Positions 10,590 through 18,621 of a DNA stretch of 64,000 bases are shown in pieces. The translations under genes and the position numbers were made by a program. Under the pieces are notes generated by a model. That model made no database searches. It saw only the letters and a program-made list of their open reading frames with translations, and was not told the origin of the DNA. The first letter of the stretch is position 1, and each line of letters begins with the position of its first letter. Source of the stretch: Rhodothermales bacterium (GTDB lineage: Bacteria > Bacteroidota > Rhodothermia > Rhodothermales > DASSAV01). Location: NCBI GenBank assembly GCA_041690215.1, contig JAWLHQ010000002.1, positions 154,189 through 218,188 of the forward strand, given 5' to 3'.

Positions 10590-12651
10590 CTTCCAATACC
10601 AATAGGTGCGATTAAGGCGTGCGCGAGCTGGAACACGTCGAAACCGATGCTGCGGAAATTTCAATACCAATAGGTGCGATTAAGGCCCAAACTCAATCAC
10701 CTGCGGTGCATAACCGGTGTAGGTATTTCAATACCAATAGGTGCGATTAAGGCCTGTGCGTGCCGCCGGCGGTGTCTGGCTATCGTTCCCATTTCAATAC
10801 CAATAGGTGCGATTAAGGCTTCGAAGGTGACGTCGTGCGGATCGGAGAATCTCAATTTCAATACCAATAGGTGCGATTAAGGCTGTGTCATGAATGTCGC
10901 AACAAGTATCGGCATCTTTCATTTCAATACCAATAGGTGCGATTAAGGCATTTGACCGGCCCGAGTTCCAGCGTCTCCTCGCTCATTTCAATACCAATAG
11001 GTGCGATTAAGGCAGGTAGCCGTTGCCGACGTCCGTATGATTGAACTCATTTCAATACCAATAGGTGCGATTAAGGCGAGCTGATCGCGCAGGAGGCCGA
11101 GCACGACCGTCTCAATTTCAATACCAATAGGTGCGATTAAGGCTAGCCCATAAGCGTGCTGCTGATACGGGGCACGACTAATTTCAATACCAATAGGTGC
11201 GATTAAGGCCGGAGAGAACCACGCGACGGGATAGCTGTCCATCGCATTTCAATACCAATAGGTGCGATTAAGGCTTCGTGGCGACCTGATCCTCAATGTG
11301 GGTGTAGACTATTTCAATACCAATAGGTGCGATTAAGGCTAGAACTGACCGAGGAGCAGTTAGCCGAGCTGGAGTATTTCAATACCAATAGGTGCGATTA
11401 AGGCGCGCCTGCGTGCGGCCGCCGATGGCTCTCCGGGCAAGTTATTTCAATACCAATAGGTGCGATTAAGGCGGCTTACGGGCCTAGAGGGTGAGCGTTA
11501 GCGGCGAAATTTCAATACCAATAGGTGCGATTAAGGCAATGGGATCGCGATAGTGGGGGCCAAAGGACCTTCTCATTTCAATACCAATAGGTGCGATTAA
11601 GGCTACCGCCGGTTACGCATACGCGTATGAGGAGGCCAAGATTTCAATACCAATAGGTGCGATTAAGGCGAACGGATTCGTTAATCTGCGAACCAGTACG
11701 TTCGAATTTCAATACCAATAGGTGCGATTAAGGCGAACGCATCATTATCAAACCAAAATCCGTAATCCGCATTTCAATACCAATAGGTGCGATTAAGGCT
11801 CCAGCGCAGCGTATGACGCTCGTAGCATACGGAGAATTTCAATACCAATAGGTGCGATTAAGGCACCCGGCCTGCTCCGCTAACTTTAGATGCTTTACCA
11901 ATTTCAATACCAATAGGTGCGATTAAGGCGTACGAATCGAGCGCTTGAGATCGCCGCTTTGCTCATTTCAATACCAATAGGTGCGATTAAGGCGGTTTCT
12001 CTGGACGTGTGCACGTCCACCCGGCCTCAATTTCAATACCAATAGGTGCGATTAAGGCGGTAGGATCTAACGACTCCTGTGCAGCATGCCCTGAAAATTT
12101 CAATACCAATAGGTGCGATTAAGGCAGAGTTCGAGCTTGCGCCCCTCAAGGAGAGGGTAGGATTTCAATACCAATAGGTGCGATTAAGGCCCGGAGGTGC
12201 CGATGGTCGCGCTCTGGAGCTGCGGAGATTTCAATACCAATAGGTGCGATTAAGGCGGGGCATTAGTCTACGCTATAAGCCTTCGCTTTCCTTATTTCAA
12301 TACCAATAGGTGCGATTAAGGCTCAAACAGACGGGACACATGATCGAGGTTCACCCCAATTTCAATACCAATAGGTGCGATTAAGGCTCGGAGGGCACCG
12401 CCCCGATCCGTCACGCTTCTGGCTCCATTTCAATACCAATAGGTGCGATTAAGGCTATAGGCTGTATTCTGGATGAGGCGGACGGCGGATAGATTTCAAT
12501 ACCAATAGGTGCGATTAAGGCCCGTTAATAATCCGCGCAATCTCTGCAATCTGTTCGTATTTCAATACCAATAGGTGCGATTAAGGCCTCATTCGCCGCT
12601 TTGATCGTCTTTTGAAGGTCGTATTTCAATACCAATAGGTGCGATTAAGGC
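10590..12651 (-). CRISPR. CRISPR array: 32 repeats (31 identical plus 1 degenerate distal repeat) and 31 unique spacers
   Basis: The 29-nt repeat is ATTTCAATACCAATAGGTGCGATTAAGGC on plus, which is GCCTTAATCGCACCTATTGGTATTGAAAT on minus. Repeat starts: 10590, 10658, 10725, 10791, 10855, 10921, 10985, 11049, 11115, 11181, 11246, 11311, 11376, 11444, 11509, 11575, 11641, 11706, 11771, 11836, 11901, 11965, 12030, 12097, 12162, 12228, 12294, 12359, 12427, 12493, 12559, 12623. Spacers are 35-39 nt. The repeat at 10590 has 2 mismatches (CTTC instead of ATTT). Minus orientation is inferred from the ATTGAAAT 3-prime end, the degenerate repeat at the far end, and the cas genes adjoining the 12651 end. 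Confidence 0.97.
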
Positions 12652-12889
12652 CCCTCCCAGATCTTGTGCGGGAATGGCTCTGGTGGGGGTAAAAATGGGG
12701 GTGGGTGTTCATGGGGCAGGTCGGGCGTGTCGTCGGGTGGCGGTAGTGTCAGAATGCCGGGGGGACGACGATGCGTGCTAAGATACGCAGAAACAGGTGT
12801 CTGTGCGAGCGGCTGTTGCTTTTCGGGCGGTCTGGACGTTCGTACAAGGGGATGCAGGCGTGAGGACGACGACGAAACGGCCTGAATGG
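12652..12889 (-). promoter_or_regulatory. putative CRISPR leader
   Basis: 238-bp non-coding stretch between the cas2 stop (12890) and the first repeat (12651). It contains a degenerate copy of the CCATTYCGTTACA-like motif, read on minus as AGCCATTCCCGCACAAG at 12663-12679, 11-27 nt upstream of the first repeat. It is G-rich on plus rather than AT-rich. Confidence 0.5.
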
Positions 12890-13153
12890 CTATAAAAAGC
12901 GGCTTCGTTCGCCGTGTTCTTCGCCCAGGACGACGCGCTCTACGTACCGCTCGTCACGTAGTTCGTAGAAGATCACGCCGTCTCCTTCCTTCATCAGCTT
13001 GCCGGCGTGTAGCTGTAGTTCCTGAAACTGTGCCCGGGTCATTTCTCCTTCGAAAACGGAGTTCTGTACCCAGGTCAGGTAGCGACGGAAGAGCTTGAGC
13101 ATTCTGGCTACTCGTTTCACGTTGACGTCGTAGACGGCGATGTAGTAGGGCAC
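12890..13153 (-). CDS. cas2: CRISPR-associated endoribonuclease Cas2
   Basis: 87 aa. MPYYIAVYDV...RV.K.....L.WVQNSVFEG is the classic Cas2 beta1 Asp plus ferredoxin-fold pattern. Adjacent to cas1 and the array. Confidence 0.9.
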   Translation of the reverse strand: MPYYIAVYDVNVKRVARMLKLFRRYLTWVQNSVFEGEMTRAQFQELQLHAGKLMKEGDGVIFYELRDERYVERVVLGEEHGERSRFL

Positions 13154-13205
13154 GGCTGGATCGGGGTCGGATGGTGGAGCGGGGTCAGGTGGGCGGGCTG
13201 CTTCG

Positions 13206-14282
13206 TTACCACCACATGTGGAAGCCGGTGTAGGGATCGGCTTCGGGGTCGAAGAGGTGGCGGATGAGGCGGTAGCACTCCAGGCGGATGAGCCGTTCGT
13301 AGCTTACGTTGCGCCCGAGCTCGCGGTGCCGGACGGTCTTCCGGAGGCGCTCGTCCCAGTGTTCGACGAAGACGCGGCGCCCCCGGTCGTTGAGGTAGAT
13401 GCCGCCGAGCCGCTCTTCGAAGTGCCGGGGTGTGATGGCGCCGGTCTTGATCAGGCGGAAGATGGCGCGGTCTACCAGGAGCGGCTTGAAGACTTCGCTC
13501 ACGTCGAGGGCGAGGCTGAAGCGGCGGTCACCCGGCTCATGGAGGTAGGAGATCGTGGGATCGAGGGCGGTCCGGTAGATCTGGCGGAGCACGGTGCTGT
13601 AGGCGAGCGCGTTGCCGAAGGAGATGAGGGCGTTGATCTCGTTCGAGGGTGGGCGGCGTTCCCGGCGTGTAAAGGGAAAGTCGCGGCCGGCCGGACCGAG
13701 GATGGCGGGCCAGGCGGTGTAGTAGGCTTCGCGGACCCGCCCTTCCACGCCCATCAGTTCGGGTACATCCCCGCAATGGTAGAGGCCTTCGCTTTCGACG
13801 GAGGCACAAATGGCCCGGACTTCTGCGGCAGGCGGCCCTTCCAGGCGGTTCGCGTAGTATTTGAGGACGCGGAGGATGTTGTAGACGGCGGCTTCTACGA
13901 AGGCGCGGGCCAGCCGGAGCCGGGCGTCGGGATCGAGGTAGTGCCGGACCTGCTGCACTTTGAGGCGGCCGGAGTGGAGATAGTCGCGCGGGTAGAGGGT
14001 AGCGGTGAAGTTGCCGTAGTAGTCAAAGCAGTGGACCGGGATGGCGTGTTGTGCGAGGAAGGTGATGAGCTTGGTGTTGACGTCCACCTCACCGAAGAGG
14101 TAGAGGGCTTCGACCTGCTCGACGGGGAAGGCGGTCTTTTCGCCCGTCGGGGGGCTCGACGGTGCTCCGGTATCCTCGGGGGTGTCGTCTGGCACGCGAT
14201 TCTCCCCTGCCCGCTCCAGGTAGAGGGTGTTGTGCCGCCGCCGCAGTCGTCCATTGCTGAAGAGGTAGAAAGGGCGTTTCAT
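13206..14282 (-). CDS. cas1: CRISPR-associated integrase Cas1
   Basis: 358 aa. N-terminal YLFSNGRLRRRHNTLYLE pattern. C-terminal alpha-helical domain with LHEPGDRRFSLALDVSEVFKPLLVDR (catalytic H/D/E region). Confidence 0.9.
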   Translation of the reverse strand: MKRPFYLFSNGRLRRRHNTLYLERAGENRVPDDTPEDTGAPSSPPTGEKTAFPVEQVEALYLFGEVDVNTKLITFLAQHAIPVHCFDYYGNFTATLYPRDYLHSGRLKVQQVRHYLDPDARLRLARAFVEAAVYNILRVLKYYANRLEGPPAAEVRAICASVESEGLYHCGDVPELMGVEGRVREAYYTAWPAILGPAGRDFPFTRRERRPPSNEINALISFGNALAYSTVLRQIYRTALDPTISYLHEPGDRRFSLALDVSEVFKPLLVDRAIFRLIKTGAITPRHFEERLGGIYLNDRGRRVFVEHWDERLRKTVRHRELGRNVSYERLIRLECYRLIRHLFDPEADPYTGFHMWW

Positions 14283-14382
14283 ATCTGGCGATCGGCTTTC
14301 AGCGGTCAGCTATCGGAAGGGAGAGTTAAACGTTGAAGGTCAGAAACAAAAGGCTCGCGGACGAAAGCCGGCGGCTGACCGC

Positions 14383-14937
14383 TCATCCGTAGCAGAGTTC
14401 TTCGAAGGCACAGCTAGCGCAGAAGCGGCGGCGGGTGAGGCGTGGGGGCGGGTGCTCCCGGACGGCAAGGTGCCGGAGTGCAGCGACGATCTCGGCCAGG
14501 CGTGCTTCGTCGGGCCCGGTGAGGGTGACGGTTTCGGTGCGGCGGAGCCTGGGGTAGTCGATGCAGCCGGTGAAGGGGGTTCCGTCGGAGCGGGTGACGC
14601 CGCACCGCTTGAGGAGCCAGAGGTAGAAGCGGAGTTGCCAGCGGTGGGCGTCTTCGACGGCGCGGCTTTTCTTGGTTTCGTGGAGGACGCCGTCGCGGAG
14701 GTCCGCCCAGTCGATCCGCCCGACCAACAGGGTGCCGTCGGGGGCTTCGGCTTCGAGGTCGAGCTGTTTGCGGCTGCGGGTGTAGCTCGCTTCGTCGATG
14801 AGGCGGCCCAGGGTGACGGCCTCGCTCTCCTGCTCCATCCACAAGCCCCGCATGGAGAGCCAGGCTTTCCTCGGGCAGACGGCGTAGTACCCGACGAGCA
14901 TCCCGCCGACGCGGATGGCCGTGCCTGTGTCGGACAT
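14383..14937 (-). CDS. cas4: CRISPR-associated exonuclease Cas4 (RecB-like, Fe-S)
   Basis: 184 aa. N-terminal CPRKAWL Cys plus C-terminal CASCAFEELC (four-Cys cluster). IDWADL ... LHETKKS matches the D..E.K nuclease motif. Confidence 0.85.
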   Translation of the reverse strand: MSDTGTAIRVGGMLVGYYAVCPRKAWLSMRGLWMEQESEAVTLGRLIDEASYTRSRKQLDLEAEAPDGTLLVGRIDWADLRDGVLHETKKSRAVEDAHRWQLRFYLWLLKRCGVTRSDGTPFTGCIDYPRLRRTETVTLTGPDEARLAEIVAALRHLAVREHPPPRLTRRRFCASCAFEELCYG

Positions 14938-14951
14938 GAGAAAGAACGAAT

Positions 14952-14972
14952 TGTAACGCGGGTGTAACGAAA
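14952..14972 (-). promoter_or_regulatory. tandem (C/T)GTTACA motif upstream of cas4 (candidate promoter or operator)
   Basis: Read on minus as TTTCGTTACACCCGCGTTACA: two CGTTACA half-sites 11 bp apart, 15-35 nt upstream of the cas4 ATG (14937). Identical over 21 nt to 40184-40204 on plus. Flanked by an 8-bp AT-rich inverted repeat (AATTGTAA at 14949-14956, TTACAATT at 14974-14981). Confidence 0.4.
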
Positions 14973-15118
14973 CTTACAATTTTGACCACGTGCCTCCGGA
15001 CCCGGTCACGAGGAGGTCAGGCCAGCCGCTCCGATGGCACACTTTGCACAGAAAACGTATGTGCAGGGCGCACAGGGCAGCGCGTATCGTGCGGAGGACC
15101 GAGTCCAGGAGGCGGAAG

Positions 15119-15135
15119 ATTGTAACGAAATGGAC
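15119..15135 (-). promoter_or_regulatory. single copy of the GTCCATTTCGTTACAAT motif in the cas7-cas4 gap
   Basis: Plus strand reads ATTGTAACGAAATGGAC. It shares the 15-nt TGTAACGAAATGGAC with the reverse complement of 40179-40193. It sits at the GC-composition break. Confidence 0.35.
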
Positions 15136-15214
15136 GATCTCCGACTATCGTGTATGGGGCTTGATGCGCGATTCGCTGTGTAATGGTCATTGTGCTGGGT
15201 CTATGGTGCGGTGA

Positions 15215-15231
15215 ATTGTAACGGAATGGAC
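15215..15231 (-). promoter_or_regulatory. single copy of the GTCCATTCCGTTACAAT motif, 18 nt downstream of the cas7 stop
   Basis: Plus strand reads ATTGTAACGGAATGGAC, one mismatch relative to the copy at 15119-15135. Confidence 0.35.
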
Positions 15232-15248
15232 AGGTTGCATAGGCTCTG

Positions 15249-16322
15249 CTATGCAGCAATCAACGTCTCCAACCCTTCTCCGTGAGCAAGTTCAGTGAGT
15301 AATTCTACTGCGGCTGCTATCCCCTGCACCTTGTGACATACTATAGCATTTCGATTGCCGTTCATGCGATTGGCTGTTCTCACCAGTTGCTCCAACGTGT
15401 CCAGGTAATTGTCCTTCATTGCACTGACGGTCGGAGCGGGGCAATTCGTGCTGGATGTCACAATCGCGCCTTCAAAATCCATGATATGTGGAAACTGCTG
15501 GCTACTGTTAGCGCCGGGCTGGTTCATCAGCGTGTAACTAAGCGCGTCGATGACTGCTTGCTTGCGCTTCCGACGTTCCCCTTCGTCGGTGACCGCGTAT
15601 TCATTCTTTGCGTCATCAAAGCCGAGCCCAGCCAAATCGATGGCAGCGACCATTGCAAAGGCAGCACTGGTAGCTGGACGAGTGAAGATGTTCTGCCCCT
15701 CTCCCGAAGCCGTCTCACGCGCCTGAATGCCGGTACGCGAGGAAACGTATTTTGCATGGAAAAAATGCTCGGTCATACTCTGGCGCGGCACACCTGTCAT
15801 GAATCCAACCTGCACCCTACTCGTGCGCGCCACAGCCACAGCAGCGCTGAATACACTCTTCTCCCCTTCTGCCTTCTGTGGACTTACCTCTGTAATGAGA
15901 AGTCCATGTGCATCCGTAACAACGCACTCGGAAGCCACCAGACTGTATAGGGCTTGTTCTAACTTATCCCGTTGAGCCCCTTTCACAGTACCACTCCAAC
16001 TCGCCACTTCCTGAACACGCTCCGTGACCCACTGGTAATCAGCTAATTCGCTCTTGATACGGTTTGGGTTTGGGTTGCGGCGGTCAGCATTCCGGCTGAG
16101 CGGAAGCCCGCGCTCCTGTGCGATAGCGCTTAGGTGTTTCGCGTGCCAATGTTTGAGCATGTCACCAGAAATGACGGGCACGCTGTAGAGCTTGCCATCA
16201 AGAACAATCGTTGCCGTGCGAGGCTGAAGTGCATTGCCTTCAGACCCCTCATTATTGAGTGAAGCAAGATTGAGCGTGAGCCGCCCTACAAGGGTAAGAT
16301 GATTGATCTGGTCCAGGTTCAT
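15249..16322 (-). CDS. cas7: Cas7 backbone subunit (DevR/Cst2-like)
   Basis: Starts at MNLDQINHLTLVGRLTLNLASLNNEGSEGN, followed by VISGDMLKHWHAKHL, both typical of the DevR/Csa2/Cst2 Cas7 families. The ORF track extends to 16451 and would overlap cas8. ATG at 16322 lies 25 nt after the cas8 stop. Confidence 0.85.
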   Translation of the reverse strand: MNLDQINHLTLVGRLTLNLASLNNEGSEGNALQPRTATIVLDGKLYSVPVISGDMLKHWHAKHLSAIAQERGLPLSRNADRRNPNPNRIKSELADYQWVTERVQEVASWSGTVKGAQRDKLEQALYSLVASECVVTDAHGLLITEVSPQKAEGEKSVFSAAVAVARTSRVQVGFMTGVPRQSMTEHFFHAKYVSSRTGIQARETASGEGQNIFTRPATSAAFAMVAAIDLAGLGFDDAKNEYAVTDEGERRKRKQAVIDALSYTLMNQPGANSSQQFPHIMDFEGAIVTSSTNCPAPTVSAMKDNYLDTLEQLVRTANRMNGNRNAIVCHKVQGIAAAVELLTELAHGEGLETLIAA

Positions 16323-16347
16323 GGCTTTTATATTTTGGAGTGAATAG

Positions 16348-17991
16348 TTAAGCAGCATCGGCAATGCTGTCCTCGAACCCACTTTCTTTGTCTTGCGGGA
16401 CACTCTCATTCTCCCGGCGACAAAGCGCAAATGCGAGAACCAGCTGTGCAATCAGACGAGGGTTCTGCGTTTGCTCCGCCAATTCAACAAGCCGCGTTAT
16501 TGACGGCTCAAAAGGCATGGCCAAGTATTTCAATGTGTCGCGATTCCCTTTAGCTGATGCCAGTTTACTGGTACCGCGCTCAATAGCAATTTCCACCAGC
16601 GCCTGAACGAGATCTTCCGTACTCTGTACTTCTCGTAACCGTCGCATCATCTGGTAGTTCGGCTGACTGTCTGCTTGTTCGGGTGGATGATAAACGGCAC
16701 TGTATGTCTCTTGCCGGACGAGATTGACAAATGCACGCACATCCTCCTGCCGAAATGCGGCAAGCAGGTCGGAATATCTGTATTCCATGATCTCCTCAAA
16801 GAAGGTTTGATAGAGTGGGTAAAAAGGTCTTTCACTAGAAAACCCTACATCAGCGATGTACCCTAAGTAGCCTTGGGCAGCGGAAGCAGGGTCGCTGTGC
16901 TCAAACCCACGAACCAGCAAACGCACAGCCTCCCGGTTTATAGAGGGTGGACTACCTACTTTGGGCGTCGTTGCTTTCTTCCAACGATAGAGTAGCATAT
17001 GTAACCGTTCCGCGGACATCTCACTATAACGATGCTGCGGCACGGCAAACTGCCATGAACCTGCAGGAGAAGGAGCGGCACCGAGTTCAATAAAGCTCGC
17101 GCCGGCAACGCACTCCAAAGCCTTAGGCCTGAGATGATGGCGGAGTAATAATTTCAGGTAATTCAGGTAATTGTCGTAAGGAAAGAAGAACCCATTACTT
17201 ATGATCCGCCTCCGGTTATCATCAACTAAGCGTTCGAGATAGGACAACCGCATATCTCGAGGCACTGGCAGTGCAAACCCATCTGGAATTTGCCCCGTTG
17301 ATGCTTTCAACAACCCTGCTACTGCAAGGCAAGTTAGGCGGCTCATTGAACGAGACAGGGATTTGGGTAGGCTGCTATTGCCTATACTAAAAGAATTGCT
17401 GGCATTTCCACCCTTGGATCCCTGAGGCAATACAATGGAATTGAATGTTATACTCTGCTCCTGAAAAGTCCCGTCAATTAATTCCAGTCCTCGGTGACGG
17501 CAGGCATACACACAAAGGTTTACCCAATCAGGCTTGCCCAGCTTATTAATGGTACCGTAGAGTTTGCGATCAGGCCTGGGAATTTCGATTGTCTTATTGC
17601 CGATAGATACTGTTACGGTAGTGTCTTCCGACGTATCCACCGCTGCCCCTTCCGTACTTATGAGATTCTTATCATCCCATCCAGGTGCTTTTCTCGTTGT
17701 ACCTTCTTTTAGCCCGCTTTTCCACGATGCAGGGATGGTGTATTTCAGCCAGTGCCTCTGGGGGCGGTCCCGCAGTTGTTTTCGATAGGTGATAGCGAAG
17801 CCCGCCGGAGTGCGCCTAATAAGCGGCGTTTGTGGCGTATCGAAGTAGGTATCGGCGAGCGCAGCAAAGCCGATGGCAGCTAGCGCATCGAAGTAGCCGT
17901 GATCAAACGGCGGCAACGTTTCTACTATTTCCTCTCCTCCCTCTGAGGCAGGTGTGGAAAAGCCGAGCGGAAGTTGTGCGGATTCCGACAT
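16348..17991 (-). CDS. cas8: Cas8-like large subunit (family not assignable by eye); possible internal Cas11 start at 16788
   Basis: 547 aa. Occupies the position between cas5 and cas7 that holds the large subunit in type I operons. Only a 3-nt gap separates it from cas5. The C-terminal roughly 146 aa look helix-rich. No motif was recognised. Confidence 0.55.
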   Translation of the reverse strand: MSESAQLPLGFSTPASEGGEEIVETLPPFDHGYFDALAAIGFAALADTYFDTPQTPLIRRTPAGFAITYRKQLRDRPQRHWLKYTIPASWKSGLKEGTTRKAPGWDDKNLISTEGAAVDTSEDTTVTVSIGNKTIEIPRPDRKLYGTINKLGKPDWVNLCVYACRHRGLELIDGTFQEQSITFNSIVLPQGSKGGNASNSFSIGNSSLPKSLSRSMSRLTCLAVAGLLKASTGQIPDGFALPVPRDMRLSYLERLVDDNRRRIISNGFFFPYDNYLNYLKLLLRHHLRPKALECVAGASFIELGAAPSPAGSWQFAVPQHRYSEMSAERLHMLLYRWKKATTPKVGSPPSINREAVRLLVRGFEHSDPASAAQGYLGYIADVGFSSERPFYPLYQTFFEEIMEYRYSDLLAAFRQEDVRAFVNLVRQETYSAVYHPPEQADSQPNYQMMRRLREVQSTEDLVQALVEIAIERGTSKLASAKGNRDTLKYLAMPFEPSITRLVELAEQTQNPRLIAQLVLAFALCRRENESVPQDKESGFEDSIADAA

Positions 17992-17994
17992 AAT

Positions 17995-18621
17995 TCAACT
18001 GTTAAATATCAGGTGCAGGTGATTGGCTCCGCCACCCGCCATATGCATTGCCACCCGAAATGCCTTGTCCTCGCGAGGCTTTGCCGCATTACCAGTGAAG
18101 TTGGAAACCTTATCCCAAGTCGCATTGCCTTTCATATCGCTACCCTGGAGCAGTACTCCATTTTCGGGAGGATCTGCCTGAGCCACTTCCAACAGAGCGA
18201 AAAAGCTTCCCTGCTTTCCAAAGCAGTTCACGCAGGGAAGAGCAGGCTGCAACACGTCGAGTGCAGCATCTGGGAAGTACAAATCCACACCCCCGTCGAA
18301 GTAAACGAACTCACGGAAAACAACGGTTGAGGAGAGATAACCAGGCGTCAACTCACCGACGGTATCCGCTCGTGGCGGCTCCCAGTGCTTAACGAGATGA
18401 GTATTCACCACGCCTTCGCCCCACGGGTGTGGCCGGAGATCCAGCGTACGTACATACTTGGTGAACTCTGCCGGATCCAGTCCGGCCCGGATTGCCCCCA
18501 CGATCAGGGCCACCTTTGCCGCGTATGGGGTAGGACACGGATACGTAGCAGCTAGTTTGGTTGTAGCCTGCTCGCGTCTATGGCTGAAGGGCGTAGTGCT
18601 GATGTAGCGGGCTCGGATCAT
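17995..18621 (-). CDS. cas5: Cas5-family subunit
   Basis: 208 aa. The N-terminal ..TTPFSHRREQATTKLAATYPCPTPYAAKVALIVGAIRAG matches the Cas5 pattern (F..p....t.t.P.PtPsa..G.l.a..G). FGKQGSFFAL is the Gly-rich loop region. Its start overlaps the cas3 stop by 4 nt. Confidence 0.6.
   Translation of the reverse strand: MIRARYISTTPFSHRREQATTKLAATYPCPTPYAAKVALIVGAIRAGLDPAEFTKYVRTLDLRPHPWGEGVVNTHLVKHWEPPRADTVGELTPGYLSSTVVFREFVYFDGGVDLYFPDAALDVLQPALPCVNCFGKQGSFFALLEVAQADPPENGVLLQGSDMKGNATWDKVSNFTGNAAKPREDKAFRVAMHMAGGGANHLHLIFNS

Noticed and set aside
10411-11242. Track ORFs 10411-10602 (-), 10442-10636 (-), 10674-10880 (+) and 10988-11242 (-) with repetitive peptides such as ALIAPIGIEI
   Set aside because: They are translations of the CRISPR repeats and spacers. 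The periodic peptide repeats mirror the 64-68-nt array period.
12664-12885. 73-aa Gly-rich ORF on the plus strand inside the leader
   Set aside because: Its composition (GGG runs) reflects the G-rich leader. It has no start context or domain, and it lies where the array promoter is expected.
13218-14336. 372-aa ORF antisense to cas1
   Set aside because: It is the typical high-GC antisense open frame, rich in Ala/Gly/Val/Glu and without motifs. The opposite strand encodes a clear Cas1.
15017-15259. 80-aa minus-strand ORF spanning the cas7-cas4 gap, with PFRYN occurring twice
   Set aside because: The repeated PFRYN is simply the translated CCATTTCGTTACAAT motif. The ORF overlaps the cas7 stop and has Pro/His/Arg-biased composition.
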